Source: Octopus sinensis (lineage: Eukaryota). From it: a stretch of 64,000 nucleotides of DNA. A model generated the notes under the pieces. The model was given only the letters and a program-made list of their open reading frames with translations. It made no database searches and was not told the DNA's origin. The stretch is from contig NC_042998.1 of assembly GCF_006345805.1 (NCBI RefSeq), positions 103,726,001 to 103,790,000 of the forward strand, given 5' to 3'. The first letter of the stretch is position 1. Each line of letters begins with the position of its first letter. This document shows, piece after piece, positions 1 through 12,577 of this stretch. The position numbers were made by a program, and so were the translations under genes.

Positions 1-50
1 TACCATGTGGTTGGTAAACAAGCTACTTACCACACAGCCACTCCTACGCC
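1..50 (-). mobile_element. 5' tRNA-like head of SINE family A (runs off the window edge)
   Basis: Reverse complement GGCGTAGGAGTGGCTGTGTGGTAAGTAGCTTG matches the head of the fuller copies at 9718-10100 and 47709-48090. Confidence 0.85.
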
Positions 51-56
51 TATATA

Positions 57-448
57 TCTTTATATATCAAAGTAAGGTCGTGTGCTGTCTGTCTCCTACG
101 ATTTAGATTCCTAACTACTCCCAAATTTTGCGGTGCAGTTTAACCAAAACCGGGTATCTTATAGTCGTGATTCATATCGAGCCCTTCTGGGTATTAGCGT
201 CTACGATGAGTCTACGATTAAAAAAAAAAATTACCATCAATTTTTCCCATTTTTAATGCATTTTTGGCATATATAAGGGAAGTAACTCTCTAAAAGTTTT
301 TTTATTAAATCACAGAACGTAAAAAGCTACAGTAACACCCCGCTTTGTGGTTAGCCATATTGAGATGGCTATTATACTTTACATCTCTAAAAATGCTTAT
401 ATAGTTATTTCCCTTACAAACCCGAGCAACGCCGGGCGATACTGCTAG
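57..448 (+). mobile_element. Non-autonomous Helitron, copy 1
   Basis: Starts with TC after an A. Ends with a GC-rich hairpin (CCCGAGCAACGCCGGG) followed by CGATACTG-CTAG, the Helitron 3' signature. Confidence 0.85.
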
Positions 449-850
449 TCTTTATATATAAAAGAGAGGTTGTGTGCTGTCTGTCTCCTACGATTTAGAT
501 TCCTAACTACTCCCACATTTTGCGGTGCAGTTTAACTAAAACCGGGTATCTTATAGTCGTGATTCATATCGAGCCCTTCTGGGTATTAGCGCGCATCTAC
601 GATGAGTCTACGATTTAAAAAAAAAATTACCATCATTTTTTCCCATTTTAATGCATTTTTCCGCTATTATATAAGGTAAGTAACTATCTAAAAATGTCTA
701 CGATGAGTCAACGATTAAAAAAAAAAATTACCATAATTTTTTTTTCCATTTTTAATGCATTTTTTTGCTATTTTTTGGCTATAACTCTCTAAAAATGCTT
801 ATATAGTTATTTCCCTTACAAACCCGAGCAACGTCGGGCGATACTGCTAG
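449..850 (+). mobile_element. Non-autonomous Helitron, copy 2 (head-to-tail with copy 1)
   Basis: TC start directly after the CTAG of copy 1; same 5' module and same hairpin+CTAG end, followed by T. Carries an internal duplication of the CTACGATGAGTC...AATGCATTTTT block. Confidence 0.85.
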
Positions 851-873
851 TATATATATAAAAGAAAAAGAAA

Positions 874-1170
874 AACACTGTATACCAGATTAAGTGCCAT
901 GAAGGGACTTGTGCGGTTATCCCAGAGTCATATATTGGTGAGAATTCTAAGAGCATCAATGATGGGTTCAAAGAACACCTGGACAACTACATTGAAGAAA
1001 AACAAAATCTATCTTCCATCAGTATGCTGTAGACTGCCACAACGGCTCCTTAGGGAGACTTAGGCAAAACATATCTACACAACTCACAGGTGTAATACTG
1101 GCTGAGACAAGTTACAGAAGCTGTTTGTATACAGGAATACAAATCCACCCTCAACCGTAAATCCGAATAG
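874..1170 (+). pseudogene. Degenerate GIY-YIG endonuclease relic of a Penelope-like element
   Basis: Manual translation with frameshifts gives NTVYQIKC...SYIGENSKSINDGFKEHL...KSIFHQYAVDCH...LRQVTEAVCIQEYKSTLNRKSE*, matching the PLE GIY-YIG pattern (VY-I-C, YIGE, FKEH, EA--I, LNR). Confidence 0.75.
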
Positions 1171-1286
1171 GGTAGCACCCAGATTCCACTCAGGAGTACC
1201 TATCTATAATCACCCCTTTCTCTCATTTACATGTAGAAATCCATACGTACATGTTGAGATATATGATACTGAAATACATATATATA

Positions 1287-1667
1287 TCTCTCTATATATA
1301 AACGGCAGTTTGTCTGTGCGTGTTTCTGTGTGTCTGTTTGCTTGTACCCTCACCCTGACCACGGCTTTCAACCGATTCTGATGAAACTTGACACACACAT
1401 AGCCCAATGTCATAATTCAAAACTAACGCAGCGAAAATTTTGAAAAGTTCCCCCAGTTCTGAAAATAATCGATAAATTCGACATGGGGTCGAGAATCAGA
1501 AACACGAACAACTGTCTAGGAGACGCAACTCCACCTTTTTTAAATCTCAAAAAAAAATTTACCATCATTTTTTTCCATTTTTTTGCTATTTTTTGGCTAT
1601 AACTCTCTAAAAATTCTTTATAGTTATTTCCCTTACAAACCTGAGCAACGCCGGGCGATACTGCTAG
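1287..1667 (+). mobile_element. Non-autonomous Helitron, copy 3 (different 5' half, same 3' module)
   Basis: A|TC start and a hairpin+CTAG|T end; the last ~110 bp match copies 1 and 2. Confidence 0.8.
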
Positions 1668-2008
1668 TTTACATATAATCGTATGAGTTTATATGTGTGT
1701 ATGAGTGTGTACACGCATGCACGTATGTGTATATGTGCACATATGTGTGCGTGTGTATGCACATATATATGTATATGTCTATGAAAATTAAAATTTTAAA
1801 AAGTTCTTGAATTTTTAACCGTTGCCTGGGAAAATAGTGACATATTATGTAGATGGATAAGCGTATACGTTAAGATTATACGTAAATATGTGTGTATACG
1901 TGTTTATATGCTTGTGCATGCTTGTATATATGTACAGGTATGCTTATATTTGCATGTATGTATCTAAGACATCGTATCCATTCGCCGTTAGAAGGTGGTG
2001 AGAGGGAC

Positions 2009-2065
<57 letters not shown>

Positions 2066-2206
2066 ACCTTCGACAGAGTAACAACCACATATACAACTTG
2101 AACAGACACGTATATCAGTACATAAACATACGTTCACTTGTATATACACATATACATACACACAGACACGTCTACGTAAATACATACATGCGTACATACA
2201 TACATG

Positions 2207-2208
2207 CG

Positions 2209-2239
<31 letters not shown>

Positions 2240-2265
2240 CATACATACATACATACATACATACA

Positions 2266-2294
<29 letters not shown>
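2207..2294. repeat. (TACA)n microsatellite
   Basis: Near-perfect tetranucleotide array. Confidence 0.95.
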
Positions 2295-2296
<2 letters not shown>

Positions 2297-2321
2297 CATG
2301 AACTAACTGTTACTTTCTCAG

Positions 2322-2404
2322 ATGCAGCACGGAATTTTGTCAGTGAACAGTTCGCGGTTTTAAAGCGACGAAAATCTTTTGACAAATTAAATTTAGATGT
2401 TGAA
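2322..2404 (+). CDS. Candidate internal exon of an unidentified gene (DAARNFVSEQFAVLKRRKSFDKLNLDVE)
   Basis: Unique sequence with acceptor TTACTTTCTCAG and donor GTACAT; only one frame is open. Confidence 0.3.
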
Positions 2405-2547
2405 GTACATTTATTGGATTTTGTGTTTTTACATGGCTTAGAAACACCTTTCACGCTGAAATTGTTTTTGTTTCAGTACACGATCTCAGGTCAAGTCACT
2501 TGCTATGCAAGTACATCTTCATATATATATATATATATATATATTCA

Positions 2548-2584
<37 letters not shown>

Positions 2585-2703
2585 CTTTTTATGCCAAGTT
2601 CAATATAAAAACAATTTAATATTAATCTAAAAGATAACTCAGAACGTTTTGTAGAGTACATATTCAAAAATCATTAGAAAGAGGTATTTGATGTTAACTT
2701 CAG

Positions 2704-2746
2704 GACTTCGAAGTTTTGGCTCGCTGGCTTCATTCGATTGCTGAAC
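2704..2746 (+). CDS. Candidate exon of an unidentified gene (frame uncertain, e.g. DFEVLARWLHSIAE)
   Basis: Acceptor TTAACTTCAG and strong donor GTGAGT in unique sequence. Confidence 0.35.
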
Positions 2747-4973
2747 GTGAGTATGCTGAAACTTTGGTAACATATGTCATATATACATTGTTTACATTAT
2801 TTACATTTGACGGATATTTGTCAATTGTAAATAATGTAAATAATGTACATAATACCTCATCTCTTAAATATAGAACTCTATATGTCATATATGTTTGTGT
2901 GCATGGAAGTGTGTGTGTGTGTGTGCACGCGCGCGCGTGCGTGTATGTTTGTGTGTGTATGTAGTTATGTATATGTGATTTGTGATGTGATAACAAAGGT
3001 TTGTACGAAACAATATCCGTGATGGCATTGCTGATAATAGCCAGTGGGGTTAACACATTTCCAGATATTTCTCGTGAATGACCACGCCATTAAATACGTT
3101 GGCTCCTATTCATGTGACGCGAATTTTTGCAGTTCTTAGACCCAAGTGGCGTTGGTGGGGTTGGAGGAGGAGGATTACTACGATAACGATGACCTTGAAG
3201 ATATCGATTGCAGTGGCGATGACAACGAGGACATCGTTGACAACGTCCATAACTAGAAGCCGAGTTAAATGACTTCAAATGCGCACTACTTGATTTATGT
3301 TCGAAAATTTGATAAATGTGAATGAATAACGAATTCGTATGAACTGCATAAATGATTAAAGTTTCAGTGAAAGTTCTTGTAATTATGTACAGTCCCCATA
3401 TTAAATCATAATTAGAAAAATTCCAGTCAGATTTCAGTTTAAACAGAAAGACTTCAAATGACTCAGGCTAGTTGATCGAGAATAGTTCAGTAGCAAAAGG
3501 CGCCTCTTAAATCTTTGAAACTAGACTTTATTAGCAGGAAAAGCAATTTCAACAGAAGTTGCATCAACTATTTCCTGCAAACCGTTATATAATCTTTTAG
3601 CTCCACTCGAATGGATATCGTGTTTATCGACATATAACCTACAGTCTGCTCGTCGAAATACTCATGCAAAAGCCGTTTCATTTTCAGCATCATGCAGATG
3701 TATGAAAAAGCTATATTTGTATATTGAATGGCGTAGCGACTTGAGCACTGGATCTAACTTATTTTTGTGATCATGTATTGTTGACGTTGCAAACTTTAAC
3801 GCTTTTGCAATATAGCTGAGTTTATATCTCATATCAAACCTTTGTAAAACACCAGCTTCAAGCCTGCATTTTCTGTTTTTGTTTCCTTTTCACATTACTG
3901 CCTTCCCTTCCACTTCATGATCCCTTTTTTTTTGTTTGATATGTTGAATAAGTAATAAAATTGTATAACAATCTAATAAATCTAATAATAGAAGTTATAG
4001 ACAATAACTTGCAATAGATAATAAATCAAGGGGGTCTAAGGAAAACTGAGACGTTCTGTGTCAGCAAAAAGTAGTTATCCTATCACTTTGAGGCAGGAAT
4101 ATTAATGAGAACAGAATGAATTGGGAGGAATTATTGTTTGAATATATTTAAAAGCAAGACGTAGGTCAGTTGAATTGGTGCACGCACAAAGTAGGCTGGA
4201 GGAGAAAACACGTAGCTAGTGACGAAGTTGGAAATATTAGGTATCATAATTGTACATTTTAAAAACTGCTAAAATTTACCCGTTTCCATACGTCGGAAAT
4301 TGAGACCATTAATCAAAATTCGTGATCATGTTATTTTCAGCTAGGGCGAGATTTCATAAGAAAAGTTTCTGTAATATGAAGACGTCTGTATTTTGAAATT
4401 TCCGAGTTAATTCTTCATAGATTTCTCACCTCAAATCTAAATGAGTATGCCGTTATAATTTTTATATAAATTTTATCTCATCTAAAATTTGATATTATCA
4501 TATCAACAGATTTTTCCTTAAACGTTCTTGGAAAGGTTTCTCATCTACAAAGACTACCCTTACTTATTATGTGCGTGCGTGCATGTGTATGTGTATGCGC
4601 ACGTCTGTGTAAGCCATTGTTTGAACATATTTGTATGTTGCTTGGATAATATGCGTCCACCATGCAAAGTTGCCTCAGCTAAAGTTCAGTGACCAGCAAT
4701 GATACTGGCCTCGCTACCTGTACTGTAACAACACGCCCTATATCAACCTCTACCATGACAGGCCGAAACTTTATAATGTTCCTGCCGAAACATAAGAAAG
4801 CAAGCAACTGTAGATGACACAAAATAATATATTAATACAGTAGTTGAAATCAGTTACAGAGAAAGAGAACATCTATGCGGAATTTAGGAGAAACCTACTG
4901 TTATCCATCAAAATTAAAACTTTAGATTTCTATACATAATTATCAGACCACGCGATTATATTTCCTCGTGTTC

Positions 4974-5009
4974 TTTTCTGTTGAAGAGCGTAGGCTCGGA
5001 ACGTAAAAA
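4974..5009 (+). ncRNA. Degenerate minimal hammerhead motif in a short Penelope-related repeat
   Basis: tttt-CTGTTGA-a-GAGC(gtag)GCTC-GGAA-cgt-a-aaaa; same family as 46550-46585. Confidence 0.5.
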
Positions 5010-5327
5010 ACTTTTACACTTTCCCGAGCGTCAAACTAATACACTCGTTTGCTGTTTATTACACTCCTGTCTTCGTCTTTTGTTTTTCTGTACATTTGAA
5101 CTATATATAAAATGAAATAAGGATAGAAATTGATATTAATCAATTAAATTTCATTTGCTTATTTATGTGTGTGTGTGTGTGTGTGTGTGTCTCTGTGTGT
5201 GTGTATGTGTGTGTGTGTGTGCTTGTCTGTTCATATTACCTATGTACCTATCCGTCTGCATATCCACAGTTTATATTTATATACATGTAGAATAGTTAGT
5301 GGGCTGTTATGTAGATGTATGCATGAG

Positions 5328-5366
<39 letters not shown>

Positions 5367-5716
5367 TTTACTTGTTTCAGTCATTTGACTGTGGCCATAC
5401 TGGAGGACCGCCTTTTTGGAGGTGATGTACTCAGAAGCACACAGATAGCAAGACAAACACGATACATACAACCAACAACCTATAATACTTGGAGAGAACA
5501 AACAGAATAGGAACAACCACCAACACATAACGCTGGATGTACTAAATAGATACACACGGAACAATAGACAAGTAGATAGAAATCAACACATAACCTAAAA
5601 TAAACGTCGAGGAAGTCCAAACCATACAAACATCAACCTCATGCGACCCCACAAATTTGCAAGATGGATAGAAAACAACCTCCACTATCAAAACAATACA
5701 AACACAATATGTCTTT

Positions 5717-5805
5717 GTGCAGCTGAAGATTGCTCTGCATTTTAAATTGATGTAATGATTGCATTGTTCAATTAAATGGAGTTGCATGAAACGATCGTAC
5801 TGCAT
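5717..5805 (+). ncRNA. Type I hammerhead ribozyme (Penelope-type) with long helix II
   Basis: Helix I GTGCAG/CTGCAT, core CTGAAGA, extended imperfect helix II, GAAA, palindromic helix III ACGATCGT, GUA cleavage triplet (after 5799). Confidence 0.75.
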
Positions 5806-5826
5806 TACCTCTGGATATCCTTGTTG

Positions 5827-5865
<39 letters not shown>

Positions 5866-7059
5866 GTAGGTAGGTAAATGAGTTTCAATTTACAGGTCAA
5901 TGACCATCTGTGCCCGGTGGTTTGGATGTGTTTGTGTGTGCGTGCGCGCGCATTTTTGTGTTACTGTATGCGCGTATATGTGTGTACGTATATGTACGAG
6001 TGTAAGTTATAAATTTGATATTCTCTTGTTAGAGAATTGGTGGGAAAATAAGCTATAATACTAACCGTAAAAATCTCTTAAAACCTGGGCTTACAACTTG
6101 CAAAAAATCGTGTGTATGAATGTCAATGTGTCACTTATCCCGCCCATTACAATTTTAATTGTTTATCGAAAAATAGTTGTATCTTTTCTTTCAACAATAT
6201 CACATAAAATCATGAGAAGTACAAGAAAAACATTTAGCATCGTAAACACGTTGTAAATAAACAAAACATCTGAAAAATACAAAAAGAAAAATTTGAAGTT
6301 GCCAACCCAAACACACTGGCGAACCCACTGGTTACGTAGGATATGCGCAACCCAGGTCCCTATCAGCCTAATATGGCTTGGACTATAAACGGGTACACTC
6401 AAAAGTTCCCATTAATATCTTGTAGATGGAATGCGAGAAAAACATCCCATGCTTTGTAAATATTCCTTGATAAATTTCTGGCGATATTTTAAGGAAGTGT
6501 TTCGTTTCTGAATATTTCCTGTATTGTTGTTCTCTTTCCTTCTTACTCTCGCATAACGTTCTCTCTTTCGTCTCTCAGTCAGTTTGTTCTATCTAAGAGT
6601 GACTGGTTTGTACATCGAATGCAGTGAATTAAAAAAAGTTGTCGCAATCCTTTTGTTGTTGCTTAAAAGTTTCCACGTCGTATTAAGATACCTACATTTT
6701 TCCGGTAATTGTCCATTCTTTTCCGGCTTCCATTTTGACCCCGTTGTTACTAGATAATTGTGTGGTAAAATTAGTTGAAAAAAGAGAGGTTGCTTATCTT
6801 TCTAGGACCTATTACGAGACGAAATTTCCAGCTCTCCGTGGAGCCAGAAACAGTGCTATTTGTTATTAATGCTACTTTACACCACTCTTCTCTACTATCT
6901 CCCCACTCACTTTTACATCAGTTTCTCCTACAATTTCAGCGTTTCGACCGTTGCTGCTCCAGATACACTGGCATTTTCTGAAACTTTTCATTGTTTCTGT
7001 TTCTCTCGACCTTCGAGTGTGTGCTATTTCACTAAGAAAAGCTTCTTCCTAGCTCAACT

Positions 7060-7061
7060 GA

Positions 7062-7103
<42 letters not shown>

Positions 7104-7153
7104 TGGTGGTGGTGGTGGTGATGATGGTAGTGATTGTGGTGGGCGGTAGTGGC

Positions 7154-7185
<32 letters not shown>

Positions 7186-7248
7186 CAGCAGCAGTAGTAG
7201 CAGTAGTAATAGATGGTGATGGTGGTGATGGTAGTGGTTGTGGTGGTG

Positions 7249-7279
<31 letters not shown>

Positions 7280-7330
7280 AGGTGGTGGTGGTGATGGTTA
7301 TGGTTGTGGTGGGGGTAGTGGTGTTGATTT
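7060..7330. repeat. Compound (TAG)n/(TGG)n trinucleotide repeat
   Basis: Direct inspection. Confidence 0.9.
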
Positions 7331-8473
7331 TTGGTAGTGTTATATCGAAGAGGAAGAGGTGGTCGCGTACTACACTTAGAAAACTACTATGAAATACCCA
7401 CCATAAAACTGCAAAAATATCTAATTCAGAAACAATGAAAATTGATACAGTTAATAATAAAACGAGCTAAACAAAAACAAAAAAAAAAGTTTTCTGTCTT
7501 CAAGGAAACCGGAAAATACGAAACTATTGATGCAGTCACAGTTTCTGCAGTTGAATGTTGTTGTTGTTGCTGATGCCATAGCGGTTTGTGCTGTGGTGTG
7601 GAAGCTATGACGTTGGCAGTAGTGGGCGCCATTGGAGGTAGGAAGACCTTGAGATGATTACTATTTCCACAGCTTTAGCTTCGACGCCTTTTACCTTTTA
7701 CTACCACCTGTAGTTACTGCCTTCCTTGGATCTCCAATAAATCAGGGTTTTGTGTAGCGTCTCCGACTTCACCTTATTCATAAAACAATTCCATCCCAAT
7801 TTTCTCTTTGGAGTGTTTTTGATTCTAGAAGTATGCTACGGTCTTCTAGAGACATATATTTCACTAATTGCAATAATTCTAATTACTCCGATTACATTCT
7901 GTCACAGATAATTCAATATCATAGTGTTTGTGGAAAATGGTGTACATGTAGGCTAGGGTTTCTGAATGAAAAATAACTAGGATATCCCCGAACACATAGG
8001 CATGTCTCAAAAATCAATGTCTAGTCATAAACAGAGCTTAGATTTCTCTGAAAGATGCTCTTATTTGTGTCTTGTCGTCGAGACGCATCTACTATCGAAT
8101 TGCTTGCTTTTCTATTAGCTCTAAAAGGTAGTGTGACATATTGAGAGTGGCTTTTCTCAGTCATGTTTCGATGGGTTTCTCCGCTTTTTTTCTAAATGTT
8201 TATACTTATTGATAAGATCAAAGATATTTGGTCTTATCAATAAGATAGAAAAATAATTTTGTGTGCGCTTTTTACTGCTGCTTTTCCTAGTGGTGATTTT
8301 TTTAAGCTTCTTAGATTGACATGGCGTGGTTCTTGCTGCTGCCACAGTTGTTGTAATTAGTGCTTTGTTGCTTTTGATACTGATGTCAGCATTTTCAATG
8401 ACAAATTATTATTGTAATTACTGTGTAGTATTATGTCGCAGAATATAACTTTCTAACCCTTCTTCCACCTTAC

Positions 8474-8507
8474 TTTCTTGCTGACTAGACGGCAAGGATG
8501 ACGCCAT
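8474..8507 (-). CDS. Candidate first coding exon (MASSLPSSQQE...) of an unidentified gene
   Basis: Start context CAAAATGGCG (YY1-like) and donor GTAAGG 34 nt downstream. Confidence 0.25.
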
Positions 8508-8777
8508 TTTGAAAATAATTTCTATGCTTCGAAAATTTTCTTCTTTTTTTTAATAATTTACTCCGTAAAGCGAGTAATCAAATGGTGTTTCAGTCCTTTA
8601 CGGTTGTGGTAAACTAAAAAAAAAAACAATGTAGAACAATAAAATAAACAAAACCAGACTTCTAAACAGAAAAACAAAGTACAAATTCAAGGAGCTTCCA
8701 AATCAGTTTCAGCTTTGGTGACAGGCAAGACGACGACGATAAAATGATAAAGTTTGTGGTCAATGAGGAGAGTAGAG

Positions 8778-9042
8778 GAGATAGCAACAGTAATTGGTGC
8801 ACTTGGAAGTATCAGCACTCAACTACCAGCACGGCTCTAAAAGATTGATACAAGTGTAAAGGTAGAACATCTACAAAAATCAGCGTTGCTTGGAACTGTA
8901 AAAATTCCTCGCAGGGGTCTTGAAGCATGACCAGTAAACAAGTGTCACCTTAGTCTGCTGGCTATGGACAGCTGACACTTTCTATCATACCCTACAAAAT
9001 ATGCCGAGAGAGTTTCAACAAATGACAAGAACAACACCGAAA
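8778..9042 (+). mobile_element. 3' end of an R4/Dong-type (RLE) non-LTR retrotransposon with (CTA)n tail
   Basis: Translates to IATVIGALGSISTQLPARL*KIDTSVKVEHLQKSALLGTVKIPRRGLEA*, the typical R4-clade C-terminus (VIGALG ... QKxALLGT). Followed by (CTA)n at ~9043-9166. Confidence 0.75.
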
Positions 9043-9094
<52 letters not shown>

Positions 9095-9126
9095 TACTAC
9101 TTCTTCTTCTACTCCTCCTCCTCCTC

Positions 9127-9166
<40 letters not shown>

Positions 9167-9717
9167 AGGAGGAGAGCAACAATAACAAAAAACTATGATG
9201 GCGACGGTAGCAACATTATCGCATAGTCTGCCAAAATGTAAAGAACTCAATAAGACCAATAACGGTTAAGAGAAATGGTAAGAAGGTAAATGTAAGTAAC
9301 GAGTACCGTAATACACAAACATTTACTTGTGGATACGCGCACAAGTGCGCACTTAGGTATTTGTATATGCATGCGATTGTATTTAAAATATATATACGCC
9401 TAACGAAGGCAGCGCAGTCGAAACTTCGAAATCACTAACAGCTTCTTGCATATAGATGTGTGTACATACATTGCAGGGAGAGAGTGAGAGAGACAGAGTG
9501 TATGTGTGAGAGAGAGAAAGAGGCAGGCAAACAGACAAATGGAGACAGAGACAGAGAGACTGACAAGGAGAGAGTGTGAGGAAAAGAAAGAGAGTGAGAA
9601 TCTAATAGATATCTGTGTGTACAAATGCATACGTACTTGTCTGTGTGTGTCTATGTGTGTGTGTACGTGTACACATACACACACAACACACACACACACA
9701 CACACAAACACACATAT

Positions 9718-10100
9718 ACTCTTTTACTCTTTTACTTGTTTCAGTCATTTGACTGCGACCATGCTGGAGCACCGCCTTTAGTCGAGCAAATCGACCCCGG
9801 GACATATTCTTTGTAAGCCCAGTACTTATTCTATCGGTCTCTTTTGCCGAACCGCTAAGTGACGGGGACGTAAACACACCAGCATCGGTTGTCAAGCAAT
9901 GCTAGGGAGACAAACACAGACACGCACATACATATATATACATATATGCGAGGGCTTCTTTCAGTTTCCGTCTACCAAATCCACTCACAACGCTTTGGTC
10001 GGCCCGAGGCTATAGTAGAAGACAATTGCCAAAGGTGCCACGCAGTTGGACTGAACCCGGAACCATGTGGTTGGTAAACAAGCTACTTACCACACAGCAC
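9718..10100 (-). mobile_element. SINE family A, near full length
   Basis: tRNA-like head with GGGTTCAGTCC B-box, internal CA/AT microsatellite, AAAAGAGT-repeat tail; multiple copies in the window. Confidence 0.9.
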
Positions 10101-10310
10101 TCGTATATATATATATATATATACATACGCATTTATATGGGTAGAAGTATTTGTATATATATTCTTTTGTATGTACGTATCTTTATAAGTATATAAGTAC
10201 AATACAGTAGTACTCAGACAAATATAAACGTATATATATATATATATATACATACTCACACGCAAGCGAGCACACGCACACATACACACGCTCACATATC
10301 GATACCTGTT

Positions 10311-10346
<36 letters not shown>

Positions 10347-11130
10347 TGTGATTGTGTGTGTGTGCGCGTGTGAAACTGCGTGCGTGAGCGCGCATTTGTA
10401 TAGAGAAGTGGTGGAAACAGCAGAGGAAAAGGAAAGGATGTATACAATACAATAGAGAGATCTATATAAAGGGGAAAAAAGAAATAGAAAAACAAAAAGA
10501 AACGTTGTGAGAAAACGTGTTTCCATAGATGAACGGTAATGACATGTACAGATATATATATATATATCTATATATATATATATATTATATATATATATAT
10601 ATCATATAACACTCACACGCACATATATATCCAAACACAGATATATCCAACATACATTACACGATATAAAAGAGGTGATGAAAAGAGGATCAAATATGAA
10701 GTAGCAAGGGTATATCTCACCCATTCTTCCTCTCACCCCTATCATAAACAATGATATCGTATTCTAGAAGACTAAAGTTAAAGAAAAAAACTACGAATAC
10801 ATGTATATAAAATAAGCAGAAAAACTTATTAATGTCAACGTAGGATGTGTTATAATTGAACGAACGGGTAAAAAGCGATGTCGAAGCAGAGCTAAGGACG
10901 TTTATAGAGACGAAACCTTTGACAGATGCGAACATAAAATTCCGAAGCACTTGATATATAATACACTTCAACCATTTTATAACGTATGTATATATATATA
11001 TATATATGGTAATATGTTTCTGTGAATGTATATATAATTGTGTCTATTTACGCATACATACATACATACATACATCACACATATATATACATAGACATAT
11101 AAACACACGTGTGTGTATGTGTGTATATAC

Positions 11131-11176
<46 letters not shown>

Positions 11177-11268
11177 ATGTATATGTAAATATATATATAA
11201 CATATAACGCACCTGTGATCATTATATATATATTATGCACATATGTAACCATATATATATATATACAT

Positions 11269-11315
<47 letters not shown>

Positions 11316-11317
11316 TA

Positions 11318-11386
<69 letters not shown>

Positions 11387-11881
11387 CACACGCGCACACA
11401 GAGGCATATATGCTTTCGCAGATTAACAGCATTAAGGTTTGACAGTATTACTATCAGGTAAATATATATATATATATATATTAATATATATAATATATAT
11501 ATATCTTAGAGTCAGGCAAAAGAGTGTTACAGACTAGTGTTGAAGTGCTCAGAGTGAATCAGAAAATTAAGGACGCTTTGTAAACCTTTGATCTAGTTTC
11601 TTGTATTGTGCAATCATATTTATTATGTGAGAGCCGAAGTGCACAGACAAATGATTTTTGAAAGGCTTAGAATTTACCTGTCTTTCGTTTCATTATTATT
11701 TTTTGTTTGCTTTTTTTTATTCTTCGACGTTACTCTGATAAGTTCTGTCATAGGTTTTTGATCGTTCCTCATCCCCTCTTCACTCTTCATTTACTGTTTC
11801 ACATGAATGACTCCCTGTCTCTTGCTCACTTTATATATATAATATATATATATAATATATATATATATATATTATATATGT

Positions 11882-11915
<34 letters not shown>

Positions 11916-11962
11916 TAATAATAATATAATAATAATAATATAATAATAATAATAATATATCA

Positions 11963-12300
11963 TAAGTGGGGGAGCATCATAGCCATGTGTTGAGAGGGAT
12001 TCTTTGGGGTTTGAATAATTCACCTCTGGAAACATGGTGGTTCTTTCAACATCCTTAAACAACCCTTATTCAAGTACCTTTTGAGCGGGATGGCTACTCA
12101 ACCTGAAGAAATTTCTAACTGGGCCCCACCTGCAAGGTCATGTGCTGTTTATCTTGATATGAGATCACCATGTCGCGCACATATGGTTGTGATGCATGTG
12201 CCTGGTGTACCCTTATCAGACGGGTAGTCATGATGGGTATATTGGGCTTCGTATATTTTACCCCAGTGTCACTTTGATGGCATGAACTGCTCTCTCACTC
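11963..12300 (+). mobile_element. 5'-truncated retroelement embedded in (TAA)n (family D)
   Basis: Homologous to the longer copy at 45448-46003; (TAA)n arrays on both sides. Confidence 0.8.
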
Positions 12301-12362
<62 letters not shown>

Positions 12363-12440
12363 AACAACAACAAAATGAGACCTCAATATTAGAAAAATGG
12401 ATTATTTATATATGTTACAAATCTGAACAAACTGTAAACG

Positions 12441-12577
12441 GTTGTCATCATAGTCCTCGGTGTTTCGAATGCTGGAGCGAAGACCTTCGATACAATCTCG
12501 ACGGCTATTAATGGCAACAGACGCAACAAAAAGGCCGTCGCTCCAGCATTCGAAACTCCGAGTACTATAATGACAAC
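12441..12577. repeat. Inverted repeat, 40-bp arms (37/40 match), ~57-bp spacer
   Basis: GTTGTCATCATAGTCCTCGGTGTTTCGAATGCTGGAGCGA and its near reverse complement. Confidence 0.9.

Noticed and set aside
4025-4563. Possible short TIRs (AAGGGGGTCT / AGACTACCCTT) around an AT-rich block
   Set aside because: The match is too short and there is no TSD or second copy.
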